From Squalus acanthias (Eukaryota), in NCBI GenBank assembly GCA_030390025.1, contig JASTWF010000121.1, positions 558,001 to 622,000 of the forward strand: DNA of 64,000 nt, in the 5' to 3' direction. Positions 10,060 to 23,329 of the stretch are shown piece by piece (position 1 is the first letter of the stretch; every line of letters starts with the position of its first letter). The notes beneath the pieces were generated by a model. The model did not search any database. It was not told where the DNA came from and saw only the letters and a list, made by a program, of their open reading frames with translations. A program made the translations under genes and the position numbers.

Positions 10060-12516
10060 AGGAAAGAGTCCGAGAGCGGGAGCAGTCAAACAACCACAAC
10101 TGCGAAACCGCTAAAGTGACGTCACAACCAGGGAAGGAGCTGATTGGTAAGTAGGACCTGGTGAGTATTTCTACAGTCCAGTCGTCGAAGTAAAAGTAAG
10201 GTCTCTAGTTTAGAGTAAGTAGTGTTGAAAGGGCAGTAAGGTCCCTAGTGTATTTAATATTCTTTAATTTAAAGGAAGTAAAGGGAGTAAATTAAGGGTA
10301 GGACATGGCAGGGCAGCTCGGCTGCATGGAGTGCTCCTCCTGTGCTATGTGGGAAGTCAGGGACACTTTCGGTGTCAAGGGTGAACACATGTGTTGGAAG
10401 TGTCTCCAGATGCAGCTACAGGAAACTCTCGTTTAAACGGCACCTAAATATCCGGAATTCTCTATTAACCGGCAAAATTCATACTCCGAAAAAAACACCT
10501 CAATAACCGGAAATGTTGCCGAGTCCGAGTCCGAGTCTCCCGCAGTGGCCGAGATAGTCAGTGGGGGGTAGTTCTCCAAACTGCCACTACTCGGCTTCTT
10601 GGCGCTGTCGGAAGTCCGAACACCTCAATAACAGGAGTCTGACTCTCCCGCGCTGTATACAGTCATTTACTGTATAAGTTTTGTTTTACTGTTAAGTAAT
10701 TAAAGAGTTATGGATTACCCTCAACTGGCAGTACTGTACTTAATCAAGCATCTTCCACCATCCATTTAACACAACATTCTGCAGGTGAGTACCCAATTAC
10801 TGTAAACTGCACATTTCTTGATTTTTTAAATTTTTGTTTGTTAAAAATAGCCTCGGTAGATAACCCTCTCCGTCATCCGGAAATTTTATTCAACCAGCAC
10901 CATCCCGGTCCCGTCGGTGCTGGATACGAAAGAGTTTCCTGTACTCGAAATCCACATTTCGGAGCTGGGGCTGCGGCTGGAATCACTGTGGAGCATCCGC
11001 GAAGCTGAGATCTTCGTGGATAGCACGGTTAACGAGATGGTCACACCGCAGATAAAGCATGCACAGGCAGACAGGGAATGGGTGACCGCCAGACAGAGTA
11101 AAAGAACTAGGAAGGTAGTGCAGGAATCCCCTGGGTCCATCTCCCTCTCCAACAGATTTTCCGTTTTGGATACTGCTGGGGGAGATGGTTTCTCAGGGGA
11201 ATGCAGCAAGAGCCAAGTCCGTGGCACTACGAGTGGCTCAGCTGCACAGGAGGGGAGGAAAAAGAGTGGGAGAGCAATAGTGATAGGGGATTCTATCATA
11301 AGGGGAACAGCTAGACGTTTCTGTGGCCGCAGACGTGACTCCAGGATGGTATGTTGCCTCCCTGCTGCCAGGGTCAAGGATGTCACTGAACGGCTGCAGG
11401 GCATTCTGAAGGGGGAGGACGAACAGTCAGAGGTCGTGGTTCACATTCGTACCAATGACATGGGTAGAAAGAGGGATGAGGTCCTGCAATAAGAATTTAG
11501 GGAGCTAGGTAGCAGATTAAAAAGCAGGACCTCAAAGGTTGTAATCTCTGGATTACTCCCGGTGCCACTTGCTAGTGAGTATAGGAATAGGAGGACAGAG
11601 CAGATGAATGCGTGGCTAAAGAGTTGGTGCAGGAGGGAGGGCTTTGGTTTCCTGGATCACTGGGTCTGCTTCTGGGGAAGGTGGGACCTGTACAAGTCAG
11701 ACGGGTTGCACCTGAACCAGAACGGGACCAACATCCTTGCGGGCAGGTTTGCTAGTACTGTTGGGGGGGGTTTAAACTAACTTGGCAGGGGGATGGGATA
11801 CGGAGTGGAGCTATAGTAGGGGGTGATGCACAGCCAAATATAGAGGAAAAAACAAGTCAGTCTGGAAGGCAGAGCAAATATGTAATGGCACAAGGGAGTA
11901 TGGCAAGGCTGGATGGCATTTATTTTAATGCAAGGAGTCTTGCGAGTAAGGCAGATGAATTGAAGATGTTGATGAACACATGGGAGTATGATATTGTTGC
12001 TATCACAGAGACATGGTTGAGGGAGGGGCAGGACTGGCAGCTCAATATTCCGGCATATAGAATCTTCAGGCGAGACAGAGGGGGTTGTAAAAGAGGAGGG
12101 GGTGTCGCAATATTAATCAACGAGTCAATTACTGCTGTAAGGAGGGTTGATATCTTAGCAGGTTCCTCTAATGAGGCCATATGGGTAGAACTTAAAAACA
12201 AAAAGGGGGCAAGCACTTTGCTGGGAGTGTACTTAGGGCCCCCCAAAGAGTCAGGGGGAGATAGAGGAACAGATATGTAGGCAAATCTCAGAGAAGTGTA
12301 GAAATAATAGGGTAATAATAGTAGGGGATTTCAACTTCCCCAATATTAACTGGGATAGTCAGAGTATGAAAGGCTTAGAGGGTGCAGAATTCTTAAAGTG
12401 CATGCAGGAGAGCTTTTTGAGCCAGCATGTCGAAAGTCCGACAAGAGAGGGGGCGGTACTGGACCTAATTCTAGGGAATGTAGCCGGGCAAGTGGTAGAA
12501 GTGTCAATAGGAGAGC
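10060..12516 (+). mobile_element. CR1 LINE 5' half: 5' UTR, ORF1 (zinc finger + SGNH esterase, from ATG 10305, disrupted) and ORF2 APE endonuclease start
   Basis: MAGQLGCMECSSCAMW...CWKC; VIGDSII, HIRTND and DGLHLN SGNH motifs; YFNARSL, IAITETWL and GGGVA APE motifs. Stop at 11490 and frameshifts. Confidence 0.9.
10419..10941. mobile_element. Tc1/mariner (pogo/Tigger-like) non-autonomous DNA transposon inside CR1 ORF1
   Basis: TIRs CAGGAAACTCT...GCACC / GGTGC...AGAGTTTCCTG with a TA TSD at 10417-18 and 10942-43. Removing the element restores KCLQMQL|LEIHISEL. Confidence 0.9.
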
Positions 12517-12654
12517 AAACTGTCAAGTCTGTGGTTTGTGTGACGAGCTCTTGATCTTGATCTTTATATTTTTGTGAACAAATTTCTCACAACAGAAGCT
12601 TTCTATTTTTCATTTCACTGATGCAAGTAAATGTCAACAAAAAATCTAATTAAA

Positions 12655-13026
12655 CTGTACAAAATTATGAGGGGCATAGATAGGGTAGATAGAAAGGAAC
12701 TTTTCCCCTTAGTAGAGGGGTCAATAACCAGGGGGCATAGTTTCAAGATAAGGGGCAGGAGGTTTAGAGGGGATTTGAGGAAAACTTTTTCACCCAGAGG
12801 GTGGTTGGAATCTGGAACTCACTGCCTGAAAGGGTGGTAGAGGCAGGAACCCTCACAACATTCAAGAAGCATTTAGATGAACACTTGAAACGCCATAGCA
12901 TACAAGGCTATGGACCAAGTGCTGGAAAATGTGATTAGAATAGATAGGGCATGATGGCCGGCGCGGACACGATGGGCTGAAGGGCCTCTTTCTGTGCTGT
13001 ATAACTCTATGACTCTATGACTCTAT
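12655..13026 (+). mobile_element. CR1 3' end with (ACTCTATG)n tail
   Basis: [27 protein letters not shown]; near-identical to 35918-36275. Confidence 0.88.
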
Positions 13027-14739
13027 CTGCTCCTTCATCTCCTGTTGTAGTTCTGCTTCTAATTACAGAACTTTCACTTCCTCGTCAGATCACTGTTCTT
13101 CCATTGCCTGCAAGTCTGTTTCCCTTTGCACCCTTCCTGTTTGAATTCCTGAGGCTCTGTCTTGGGTTTCTTGTCTTTTGTAGTTCAGGGGGTACAACAG
13201 TGTAACAACAGAGACCATCTGGGGTTTGGTTTTCATTGCTGCTAACCTCTCCACAAGCTCCTGCTGCCCATCCAAGGTTTTTCCATGGTTTTGTCCATCC
13301 TTTTGTAGCAGGCGAGGGTGTCTGGTGATTGGGTGATATCGTACAATATCGGACAAATCTCTGTAATCCACAGGATTAAGGTGGGCTATGGTCCTGTCAT
13401 GATAAATGTTTACCATTCCAAACCTGTGACCAGCTATGGCATTTTGATTTAGGGCCACTATCCCTTTACTTCAATTCCAACTCACACATTTGGGTTCCAC
13501 AATTATCATTCACATCTAAGTTTTGTAAGATTTAGCCCAACTTTGAACCATTTTATATTACCCAGTCCAAGGTGTACAAACAGTTACACAATCAAAACCA
13601 ATCATAGGGATGATGTGCACAACTGAGTGAGGTGATTAACTGCTAATTGCCAGAGTTATCTAGGGAGAAGTTAGATATAGAGGTGCATCAACTAATGTGT
13701 ATATGATAATGCAGTTCACACTATCACAAGGTTAAGTATTGGGAATCATTGAAAGTACTTTGCAGAGTTAATGGGAGGGCCCTCATTTGCATGGGGCAGG
13801 CAGGTGAAGTCCCATCTGAGGCACGTCTATTGGCCCATACCAGCAGAAATTTGGTGGGTGTCCACTCGTGGGGAGGTATTGTCCAGGGAACCCAATCCAG
13901 AGCAAGAGGGACGATCAATTATTTTTTCCAAAACAGTTTCTTCTCTTTCTTCAAGGTCCTGGCTGTATCTTCAGTGTTGACCCTAGTTGCCCTGAGAAGG
14001 TGGTGGTGGGCCTTTGCCTTGGACCACTGCATTTCTTGTGGTGCTGGTGCAGCCACAATCCTGCATCTGGCAGCCCACCACTGCAGGATGGGTGTGGTTA
14101 GAAATTATGGTCTAGATATGACATGAGACCGGCGTGTTGTGGGCACCTGCTGGGCATCCCCAGGCATTCCACCGGCAAAGAGGATTACAATTTCAGACCA
14201 CTGTGTCACTGGTATCGGCCCTCGGGTAGGTCCTGGGAGGGAGGGAGGAGCTGATTGGGAGAGAGGGGAGTGATTGTGAATAGGATGGAGGCGATCGGGA
14301 GGAATAGAGGGGTCGAACGGGAGTGGGGGAGGGAGCGATAGGGAGGGAGGGTGAGGGCAATCAGGAGAGAGCTGGCAATGGTCTTCGGTGCTGCTGTGGA
14401 GGCGGGAGGCACACTCCTGCACCTCCCAGCTCCACATTCAGGGAAGTACTTTATTAAAAAACTCACCTTTTAGGTGAGGGGCTGTAGTGGTCCCCTTAAG
14501 GACCACTGGTTAGGCTGCTTGTAGACCTGGTCTGGCGCTGGCGTCATTCAGGGTAGATTTTGTGAGGAGATCATTCAACAGCCGTTAGGCTCCTTATTTT
14601 CACATGGAAAGGGTCTAACGCTGGATTCAGACTCGGGTCCTGAATGGCTCTTTTTCTATTTTCACCAATATGGCCATAGTGGACACTTTGATCACCGTTT
14701 TGTGCCTGTAAAACGAGCGTGGCATTAACCGGGTACGGT

Positions 14740-15140
14740 CACATCGTGGTTCTGTTACTGAACTAGTAATCTAACGACTAAAGATCCGGAGACGTGAGAT
14801 CAAATCCCACCACGGCAGCTGGGGAATTTAAATTCAGTTAATTAAATTAATCTGGAACAAAAAAAGCTAGAATCAGTAATGGTGACCATGAAACTATCGG
14901 ATTGTAGTAAAAACCCATCTGGTTCACTAATGCCCTTTAGGGAAGGAAATCTGCCGCCCTTACCCGGTCTGGCCTATATGTGACTCCAGACCCACAGCAA
15001 TGTGGTTGACTCTTAACTGCCCTCTGAAATGGCCCAGCGAGACACTCAGCTGTCACCACCTTCTCAAGGGCAATTAGGGATGGGCAATAAATGCTGGCCT
15101 TGCCAGCGACGCCCACAGCCCGTGAATGAATAAAAAAATA
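14740..15140 (+). mobile_element. SINE whose 3' tail is shared with the LINE at 56040-57113
   Basis: Ends caccaccttctcaagggcaattagggatgggcaataaatgctggccttgccagcgacgcccaca...aataaaaaaa, matching 57032-57113. Confidence 0.75.
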
Positions 15141-15411
15141 ATTTCTATGCCAATGGCATTGCATTTGTGACCCAGAGCTGTGGGGTTATTCACAAACAAT
15201 GCATCACATGATGGTTTCCCATCGTTGGAATATGCGAACCAATATTTGAACAATATTCCTTGTTCACCTTCACTTTCAACGTTAAATCCTAGAAGTGGTG
15301 GCAGGACATGTGGATCCAGCAAAACGATCGCCTGTACATTGTTTATTCTACCACCTGTTGGATTTAACACAGGAACAGTTTGTCATATGATATTCATTTG
15401 ATATTCGAGCA

Positions 15412-16420
15412 ATTACACAGGAACAGGAGGAGGCCATTCAGCCCCTCGAGCCTGTTACACAGGAACAGGAGGAGGCCATTCATCCCCTCGAGCCTGTTAC
15501 AAAGGAACAGGAGGATGCCATTCAGCCCCTCGAGCCTATTACACAGGAACAGGAGGAGGCCATTCAGCCCCTCGAGCCTGTTACACAGGAACAGGAGGAG
15601 GCCATTCAGCCCCTCAAAGCTGCTACACAGGAACAGGAGGCCATTCAGCCTCTCGAGCCGGTTACACAGGAACAGGAGGAGGCCATTCAGCATCTCGAGC
15701 CTGTTACACAGGAACAGGAGGAGGCCATTCATCCCCTCGAGCCTGTTACACAGGAACAGGAGGAGGCCCATTCATCCCCTCAAGCCTGTTATACAGGAAC
15801 AGGAGGAGGCCATTCAGCCCATCGAGCCTGTTAGACAGGAACAGGAGGAAGCCATTCAGCCCCTCGAGCCTGTTACATAGGAAACAGCAGGAGGCCATTT
15901 AGCCTCTCGAGCCTGTTGCACAGGAACAGGAGGAAGCCATTCAGCCTCTCGAGCCTGTTACATAGGAACAGGAGGAGGCCAATCAGCCTCTCGAGCCTCT
16001 TACATAGGAACAGGAGGAGGCCATTCAGCCTCTCGAGCCTGTTACACAGGAACAGGACGAGGCCATTCAGCCCCTCGAGCCTGTTACACAGGAACAGGAG
16101 GAGGCCATTCAGCCTCTCGAGCCTGTTACACAGGAGCAGGAGGAGGCCAGTCAGCCTCTCGAGCCTCTTGCATAAGAACAGGAGGAGGCCATTCAGCCTC
16201 TCGAGCCTGTTACACAGGAACAGGAGGAGACCATTCAGCCTCTCGAGCCTGTTATACAGGAACAGGAGGAGGCCATTCAGCCCATCGAGCCTGTTAGACA
16301 GGAACAGGAGGAAGCCATTCAGCCCCTCGAGCCTGTTACATAGGAAACAGCAGGAGGCCATTCAGCCTCTCGAGCCTGTTACGTAGGAACAGGAGGAGGC
16401 CAGTCAGCCTCTCGAGCCTA
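15412..16420. repeat. 42-bp tandem array (~24 copies) derived from a CR1 3' terminus; the CR1 (-) continues to ~16720
   Basis: Unit TTACACAGGAACAGGAGGAGGCCATTCAGCCCCTCGAGCCTG runs directly into ctccaccattcaatcagatcatgg, the reverse complement of the CR1 3' UTR. Confidence 0.9.
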
Positions 16421-17703
16421 CTCCACCATTCAATCAGATCATGGGTGATCTGTACCTCTACTTCATTAACCCGCCATTGCTCCACATCCCCTGATACCAT
16501 TACCTAACAAAAATCTATCGATCTCAGACTTGAGAGCTGGAATTGACCCCCAGCATCCACAGCCTTTTGTGGAGAGAGTTCCAGATTTCCACTGCCCTTT
16601 GTGTGATGAAGTGCTTCCTGATTTCACTCCTGATCAGCCTGGCTCTAGATTTAAAATTATGTCCCTTTGTTCTTGATTCCCCCACCAGTGAAATAGTTTC
16701 TCGCTCTCTACCCTGTCGAACCCAATAAGTTCCTCCCCTTGTTTTATTTTTAGTACCCCTTCTATCGCTGGTATTTTATCCTCTTGCTCTACTGTGAAAA
16801 TGGAAACAAAGTGCTCCTTTAATAAATCACCATCACCTTGTTATTGGCCCCGATATTAACGGGGAGGTGGAAAATTGATTGAGGGCCTGGCTGGTGGGCG
16901 GGAGCACAAACAAGCAGCAGGGAGTCACAGCCGGGGACCCATGGGGACGGACCCTGGCAGCTAGTGGGGGGACACTCGGGGCCACGATCGGTGGGGGTGG
17001 AGGGGCGAGAGGTCAGAGTGTGACCGGGGGCGGGGGCTGAGAGGTAGGGCCGGAATCGGGGGGGATTGTTTCAAAGCTCGGGGCTGTGATCGGGGGAAGG
17101 GGGGTAGCCCGGTTTATGGAGGCCCAAGGCTTCCTTGTGAAGCCCAGAGGATCACTCCTGCCCCTCCTGGCCCACAAGAAAACCTGAAAAATAAATGTCA
17201 AACTTTCCAGCTGGGCCTCTTCTGTCAGCCCTTCCCTATGTTGTTGGTCCCAACATGGACCAGGGCGACTGGATCTCAGCCTCCCTTTCACCCTAATCTT
17301 TCTCTTCCTGTCAGGTCCAGCCTGTGACGCTGGGAGTGATCAGAGATTACTGCCCTGGAGGTTCTGCTTCTCAATCCAGAAAGACTGTAGCCCTGTTGGA
17401 GGGTCAGGTCTTGGGTCCACACCGTCATTCGGATGAGACGTTAACCCGAGGCCCCGTCTGCTCTCTCAGGTGGACGTAAAAGATCCCATGGCCACTATTT
17501 CAAAGAATCTCCATTGTCCTGGCCAATATTTATCCCTCAACCAACATTACTAAAACAGATTATCTGGTCATTATCACATTGCTGTAGTGGGAGCTTACTG
17601 TGTGCAAATTGGCTGCCGCGTTTCCTACATTACAACAGTAACTACACTTCAAAAGTACTTCAGTGGCTGGAAAAGCGCTTTGGGATGTCCAGTGGTCGTG
17701 AAA

Positions 17704-20700
17704 TACCAAGGGGCAGAAAACGTTAGTGGGAGTTGTATACAGACCCCCAAACAGTAATGCTGAGGTTGGGGATGGCATTAAATGGGAAATTAGAGACACG
17801 TGCAATAAGGGCACAGCAGTTATCATGGGTGACTTTAATCTACATATAGATTGGGCTAACCAAATTAGTAACAATACTGTGGAGGAGGAATTCCTAGAGT
17901 GTATACGGGATGGTTTCCTGGACCCATATGTCGAGGAACCAACTAGAGATCAGGCCATCTTAGACTGGGTATTATGTAATGAGAAAGGATTAATTAGCAA
18001 TCTTGTTGTGCGAGACCCCTTGGGGAGAAGCGATCATAATATGATAGAATTCTTCATTAAGATGGAGAGTGAAGTAGTTGACTCAGAGACTAGGGTCCTG
18101 AATTTAAATAAAGGAAACTATGATGGTATGAGGCGTGAGTTAGCTAGGATGGATTGGGGAGTGTTACTTAAAGGGTTGACGGTGGATAGGCAATGGCAAA
18201 CATTTAAAGATTGCATGGATGAACTACAGAATTTGGTCATCCCTGTTTGGCATAAAAATAAAAGAAAAATGGTGACTCAACCGTGGCTAACAAGGGAAAT
18301 TAGGGATAGCATAAGATCCAAGGAGAGGACATATAAATTGGCCAGAAAAAGTAGCAAAACTGAGGATTGGGAGCAGTTTAGGTTTCAGCAAAGGAGGACA
18401 AAGGGATTAATTAAGAGGGGGAAAATAGAATATGAGAGTAAACTTTCAGGAAACATAAAAACTGTCTGTAAAAGCTTCTATAGATATGTGAAGAGAAAAA
18501 GATTGGTGAAGTCAAGCGTAGGTCTCTTGCAGTCAGAATCAGGGGAATTTACAATGGGGAACAAAGAAATGGCTGCCGAATTAAATACATACTTTGGTTC
18601 TGTCTTCACAAAGGAGGACACAACTAAACTCCCAGAGATGTCGGGGAACATAGGGTCTAATGAGAGGGAGGAATTGAATGAAATCAGTATTTGTAGGGAA
18701 ATGGTGTTAGGGAAATTGACGGGATTGAAGGCCAATAAATCCCCAGGGCCTGATAATCTACATCCTAGGGTACTTAAGGAAGTGGCCCTAGAAATAGTAG
18801 ATGCATTGCTGGTCATCTTTCAAAATTCTATAGACTCTGGAACAGTTCCCATGGATTAGAGGGTAGCTAATGTAACCCCACTATTTAAAAAAGGTGGTAG
18901 AGAAAAAATGGGGAATTATAGACCGGTAAGCCTGACATCAGTAGTGGGCAAAATGCTAGAGTCCATTCTAAAAGATGTAATAGCAGAGCACTTGGAAAAC
19001 AGTGACAGGATCGGACAAAGTCAACATGGATTTACAAAAGGGAAATCATGCGTGACTAATCTACTGGAATTTTTTGAGGATGTAACTGGTAGAATAGATA
19101 AGGGAGGAACAGTGGATGTGGTGTATTTGGACTTTCAGAAGGCTTTCGATTAGATCCCGCATAAGAGATTAGCGTGCAAAGTTAAAGCACATGGGATTGG
19201 GGGTAAGGTACTGATTTGGATAGAGAACTGGTTGACAGACAGGAAGCAAAGAGTTGGAATAAACGGGTCTTTTTCCGAGTGGCAGGCAGTGACTAGTGGG
19301 GTACCACAGGGATTGGTGCTCGGACCCCAGCTATTCACAATATATATTAATGATCTAGACGAGGGAACTAGATGTAATATCTCTAAGTTTGCAGACGACA
19401 CAAAGCTGGGTGGGCATGTGTGCTGTGAGGAGGATGCAGAGAAACTCCAGTATGATTTGGACAGGTTGGGTGATTGGGCAGATGCATGGCAGTTTCAGTA
19501 TAATGTGGATAAATGCGAGGTTATCCACTTTGGTGGCAAAAACAGGAAGACAGATTATTATCTAAATGGCAATAGATTGGGAAAAGCGGAAGTGCAACGA
19601 GATCTAAAAAGGTGACTCAACCGTGGATAACAGGGGAAATTAGAGACAGCATAAAATCCAAAGATAGGGCGTATAAAATAGCCAAAAAACGCGCCAGAGC
19701 GGAAGATTGGGAACAGTTTAAGATAGAGCAAAGGAGGGCAAAGGGCTTAATCAAGAAGGGCAAAATAGCTTACGAAAGCAAGCTGGCGGAAAATATAAAA
19801 ACTAACTCCAAAAGCTTTTATAAGTATATCAAGAGGAAAAGACTGGTGAAAACCAAAGTTGGTCCATTGCAGTCAGATACGGGGGAATATATAATGGGAA
19901 ATAAGGAAATGGCAGACCAACTAAATGCATACTTTGGGTCAGTCTTTACGAAGGAAGACACAAAAAACCTCCCTGGGATATCGGGAAAAATAGGGACATT
20001 GGCAAAGGAGGAACTGACGCAAATCAATATCTCTAAGGATATGGTGTTAAGGAAGCTAAAGGGATTGAAGGCGGACAAATCCCCAGGGCCTGATAACATG
20101 CATCCTAGGGTACTGAAGGAGGTGGCCCTAGAGATAGCGGATGCACTAAGCATGATTTTTCAGAATTCATTAGACTCGGGAACAGTGCCCATGGATTGGA
20201 GGGTAGCTAACGTTACCCCACTATTCAAAAAGGGGGGTAGGGAAAAAGCAGGTAATTACAGACCTGGTAACTGGTAAAATAGATGGGGGAGAGCCAGTAG
20301 ATGTGGTGTACCTGGACTTCCAAAAGGCCTTCGATAAGGTCCCACATAAAAGATTAGCATGGAAAATTGAAGCTCATGGGATAAAGGGGAAAGTATTGAC
20401 GTGGATAGAGAACTGGCTGTCAGATAGAAAACAGAGAGTTGGAATAAACGGCTCATTTTCTGAATGGCAGGCAGTAACAAGTGGGGTACCACAGGGATCT
20501 GTCCTGGGTCCCCAGCTGTTCACAATTTATATTAATGACCTGGATCAGGGAGTCGAATGCAGCATTTCCAAATTTGCAGACGACACTAAACTAGGAGGGG
20601 GGGTGGGCTCAGAGGAGGAGACCAGGAGGCTCCAGAGCGATTTGGACAGACTGGGTGATTGGGCGGATAAATGGCAGATGCACTATAATGTGGACAAGTG

Positions 20701-22237
20701 CGAAGTTATCCACCTTGGGTGCAGGAACGGGAGGGCAAATTATTATTTAAATGGCAATAAATTGGGAGAGGGGGAAGTACAGAGAGACCTGGGTGTTCTT
20801 GTACACCAGTCACTGAAGGCGAGCATGCAGGTGCAACAGGCGGTCAAGAAGGCAAACGGTATGCTGGCCTTCATAGCAAAAGGGTTGGAATACAGGAACA
20901 GGGATACCTTGCTGCAGCTGTACAGGGCACTGGTGAGACCACACCTCGAGTACTGTGTACAGTTTTGGTCGCCTCATCTGAGGAAAGATGTTCTTGCCAT
21001 GGAGGGGGTGCAGCGGCGATTCACCAGGCTGATACCAGGAATGGCGGGATTGACCTATGAGGAGAGACTATGTAGTTTAGGGATGTACACACTGGAGTTT
21101 AGAAGATTGAGAGGGGACCTCATAGAAGTGTATAAAATTCTGACAGGTCTAGACAGATTAGATGCAGAAGGAATGTTTCCCTTGGCGGGTGAGAACAGAA
21201 CTAGAGGACATAATTTAAGGATAAGGGCTAAACCATTTAGGACAGAAATGAGGGGGAATTTCTTCACTCAGAGAGTGGTGAACCTGTGGAACTCATTGCC
21301 ACAGAGGGCAGTGTACGCCAGCTCATTAAATATATTTAAGAGGGAATTAGATATATTTCTACAGGCAAAAGGGGTTAAGGGTTACGGAGAGAAGGCGGGG
21401 ACGGGATACTGAATTGAAGGATCAGCCATGATCTCATTAAATGGCGGAGCAGGCTCGAAGGGCCGGATGGCCTACTCCTGCTCCTATCTTCTATGTATCT
21501 ATGTATCTATGTATCTATGAGATCTGGGAGTCCTTGTGCACCAGTCGCTGAAGGTAAGCATGCGGGTGCAGCAGGCGGTTAAGAAGGCAAATGGTATGTT
21601 GGCCTTCATAGCGAGAGGATTCGAGTACAGGAGCAAGGATGTCTTGCTGCAGTTGTACAAGGCCTTGGTGAGACCACACCTTGAATATTGTGTGCAGTTT
21701 TGGTCGCCTTATCTGAGGAAGGATGTTCTTGCCATGGAGGGATTACAGCGAAGATTTACCAGACTGATACCTGTGATGGCAGGAATGACGTATGAAGAGA
21801 GATTGGGTCGATTAGGCTTATATTCGCTAGAGTTTAGAAGAATGAGAGGGGATCTCATTGAAACTTATGAAATTCTAACAAGGCTAGACAGACTAGATGC
21901 AGGAAGGATGTTGCCGATGGCGGGGGAGTCCAGAACCAGAGGACACAGTCTAAGGATAAGGGGTAAGCCATTTAGGACTGAGATGAGGAGGAATTTCTTC
22001 ACCCAGAGAGTGGTGAACCTGTGGAATTCTCTACCACAGAAGGCAGTTGAGGCCAATTCATTAAATATATTCAAGAAGGAGCTAGATATATTTCTTAAGG
22101 CTAAAGGGATCAAGGGATATGGGGAGAAAGCAGGGATAGGGTACTGAATTTGGATGATCAGCCATTATCTCATTAAATGACGGAGCAGGCTCGAGGGGCC
22201 GAATGGCCGACTCCTGCTCCTATCTTCTGCGCTTCTA
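17704..22237 (+). mobile_element. 5'-truncated CR1 (copy A; APE C-terminus + RT) with in-frame stops
   Basis: [38 protein letters not shown]; TGAAA TSD. Confidence 0.92.
19606..21518 (+). mobile_element. CR1 (copy B) nested in copy A, with an internal deletion at ~20265
   Basis: GAGATCT TSD at 19599-19605 and 21519-21525; (ATCTATGT)n tail; open 221-aa and 369-aa RT ORFs. Confidence 0.92.
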
Positions 22238-22906
22238 TGAAAGGCGCTGTATAAATGCAAGTCTGTCTGTCTTTCTTTCTTTCTTTCCCTCCAGTCCGCC
22301 CCAGTTCCCACCACTTCCCGTGACCGCCATGTGGAAGATGGCAGTAGGCTGGAGGTAGCAGTGGTGAAGACCCTGGGGCCGGGGAATGCAGGGAGAGAGC
22401 CTCCTCTTCCTCCAGTCCTGCCCCCACACCCTTCCCTATGGAGACCTCAGTCTGCTGAGACCTAAATCGCTGTAGCCCTGTTGATCTTTGGGGAACTTCT
22501 GCCCCTTTAAATGCCTGGCCGCCTCTTCCAGTACCGCAGACACGTCCCAATTCCAGTTCTCACATCGCTTTGAATTCTGAGGAAGACTTTCCCACTATTA
22601 TCAGTACAGTGAAGATAATTCCAGTCTGAGAGAAGTAAGCTTGTATTAGAAGCTGTTGTTCAGTGTGAGATCAACATTGCTTTTCCTATTATATCAGTTC
22701 ACCTGTACTGCTGACATCAGCACACCTGCCCCTCAGCAAGTTTATTGTTTGACCTGAATCAGTAACAACCTAACCCACTGGCTCAGTCTCACAATCTGTT
22801 CTCTCTGTTTAACCTGATCTGTACTGCCTGGACTGTCCCTTTAAACACCAGGACACTTTGTAACTTTCAGACCGGTTTTTAAATTATTGATATTTTTCCC
22901 TTAAAG

Positions 22907-23254
22907 GTGCAAATGCTCCAGTCCTTCTCCAGTCTCCGAGCCTGGAACGTGTCACAGAGGGTCACTCGGCGCGGTTACAGTGTACCATGCGGAACGCCAG
23001 TGTGAGAGACACCGATGTCCACTGGTACCGCCGGCAACTACCAGGGAATTTTCTTAAGTGCGTTTTAACACATGAGGCAAGTGGCAGCACACGAGGGAGC
23101 CCAGGTTCCACTGACCGTCTCCAGCCTTCCACAGACACCTCCAATAACAGCTTCATTCTGACAATCACAAAGGTGCAGATTGATGACACTGCCGTCTATT
23201 ACTGCTCAGTGCGGGGATGGATCTTCGGGAGTGGATCCCTGCTCAGTGTCACCA
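22907..23254 (+). CDS. Ig V-set exon 1 with germline-joined J-like strand (receptor gene, membrane-distal domain)
   Basis: tttttcccttaaAG acceptor, GTGAGT donor, 348 bp, phase 1/1. Reads ANAPVLLQSP...ARLQCTM...DVHWY...DRLQPS...FILTITKVQIDDTAVYYC SVRGWI FGSGSLLSVT, with canonical Cys, Trp, DxAxYxC and FGxG. Confidence 0.93.
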
Positions 23255-23329
23255 GTGAGTACAGTTTACATTACAATAGCCTGAAAGTAATAACCCCTCA
23301 CACATGAATTAATTGGAGATCAGTATCTG

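Larger units (their letters stand above)
17420..22290 (+). mobile_element. DeuSINE (SacSINE1/AmnSINE1-like) split by nested CR1s: body 17420-17703, tail 22238-22290
   Basis: ...gtggtcgTGAAA | TGAAAggcgctgtataaatgcaagtc rejoins to match the intact copy at 55375-55835. Confidence 0.85.

Noticed and set aside
13090-13918. Possible retroviral env or host exon remnants on the - strand
   Set aside because: No recognisable motif and multiple stops; cannot be supported without a database search.
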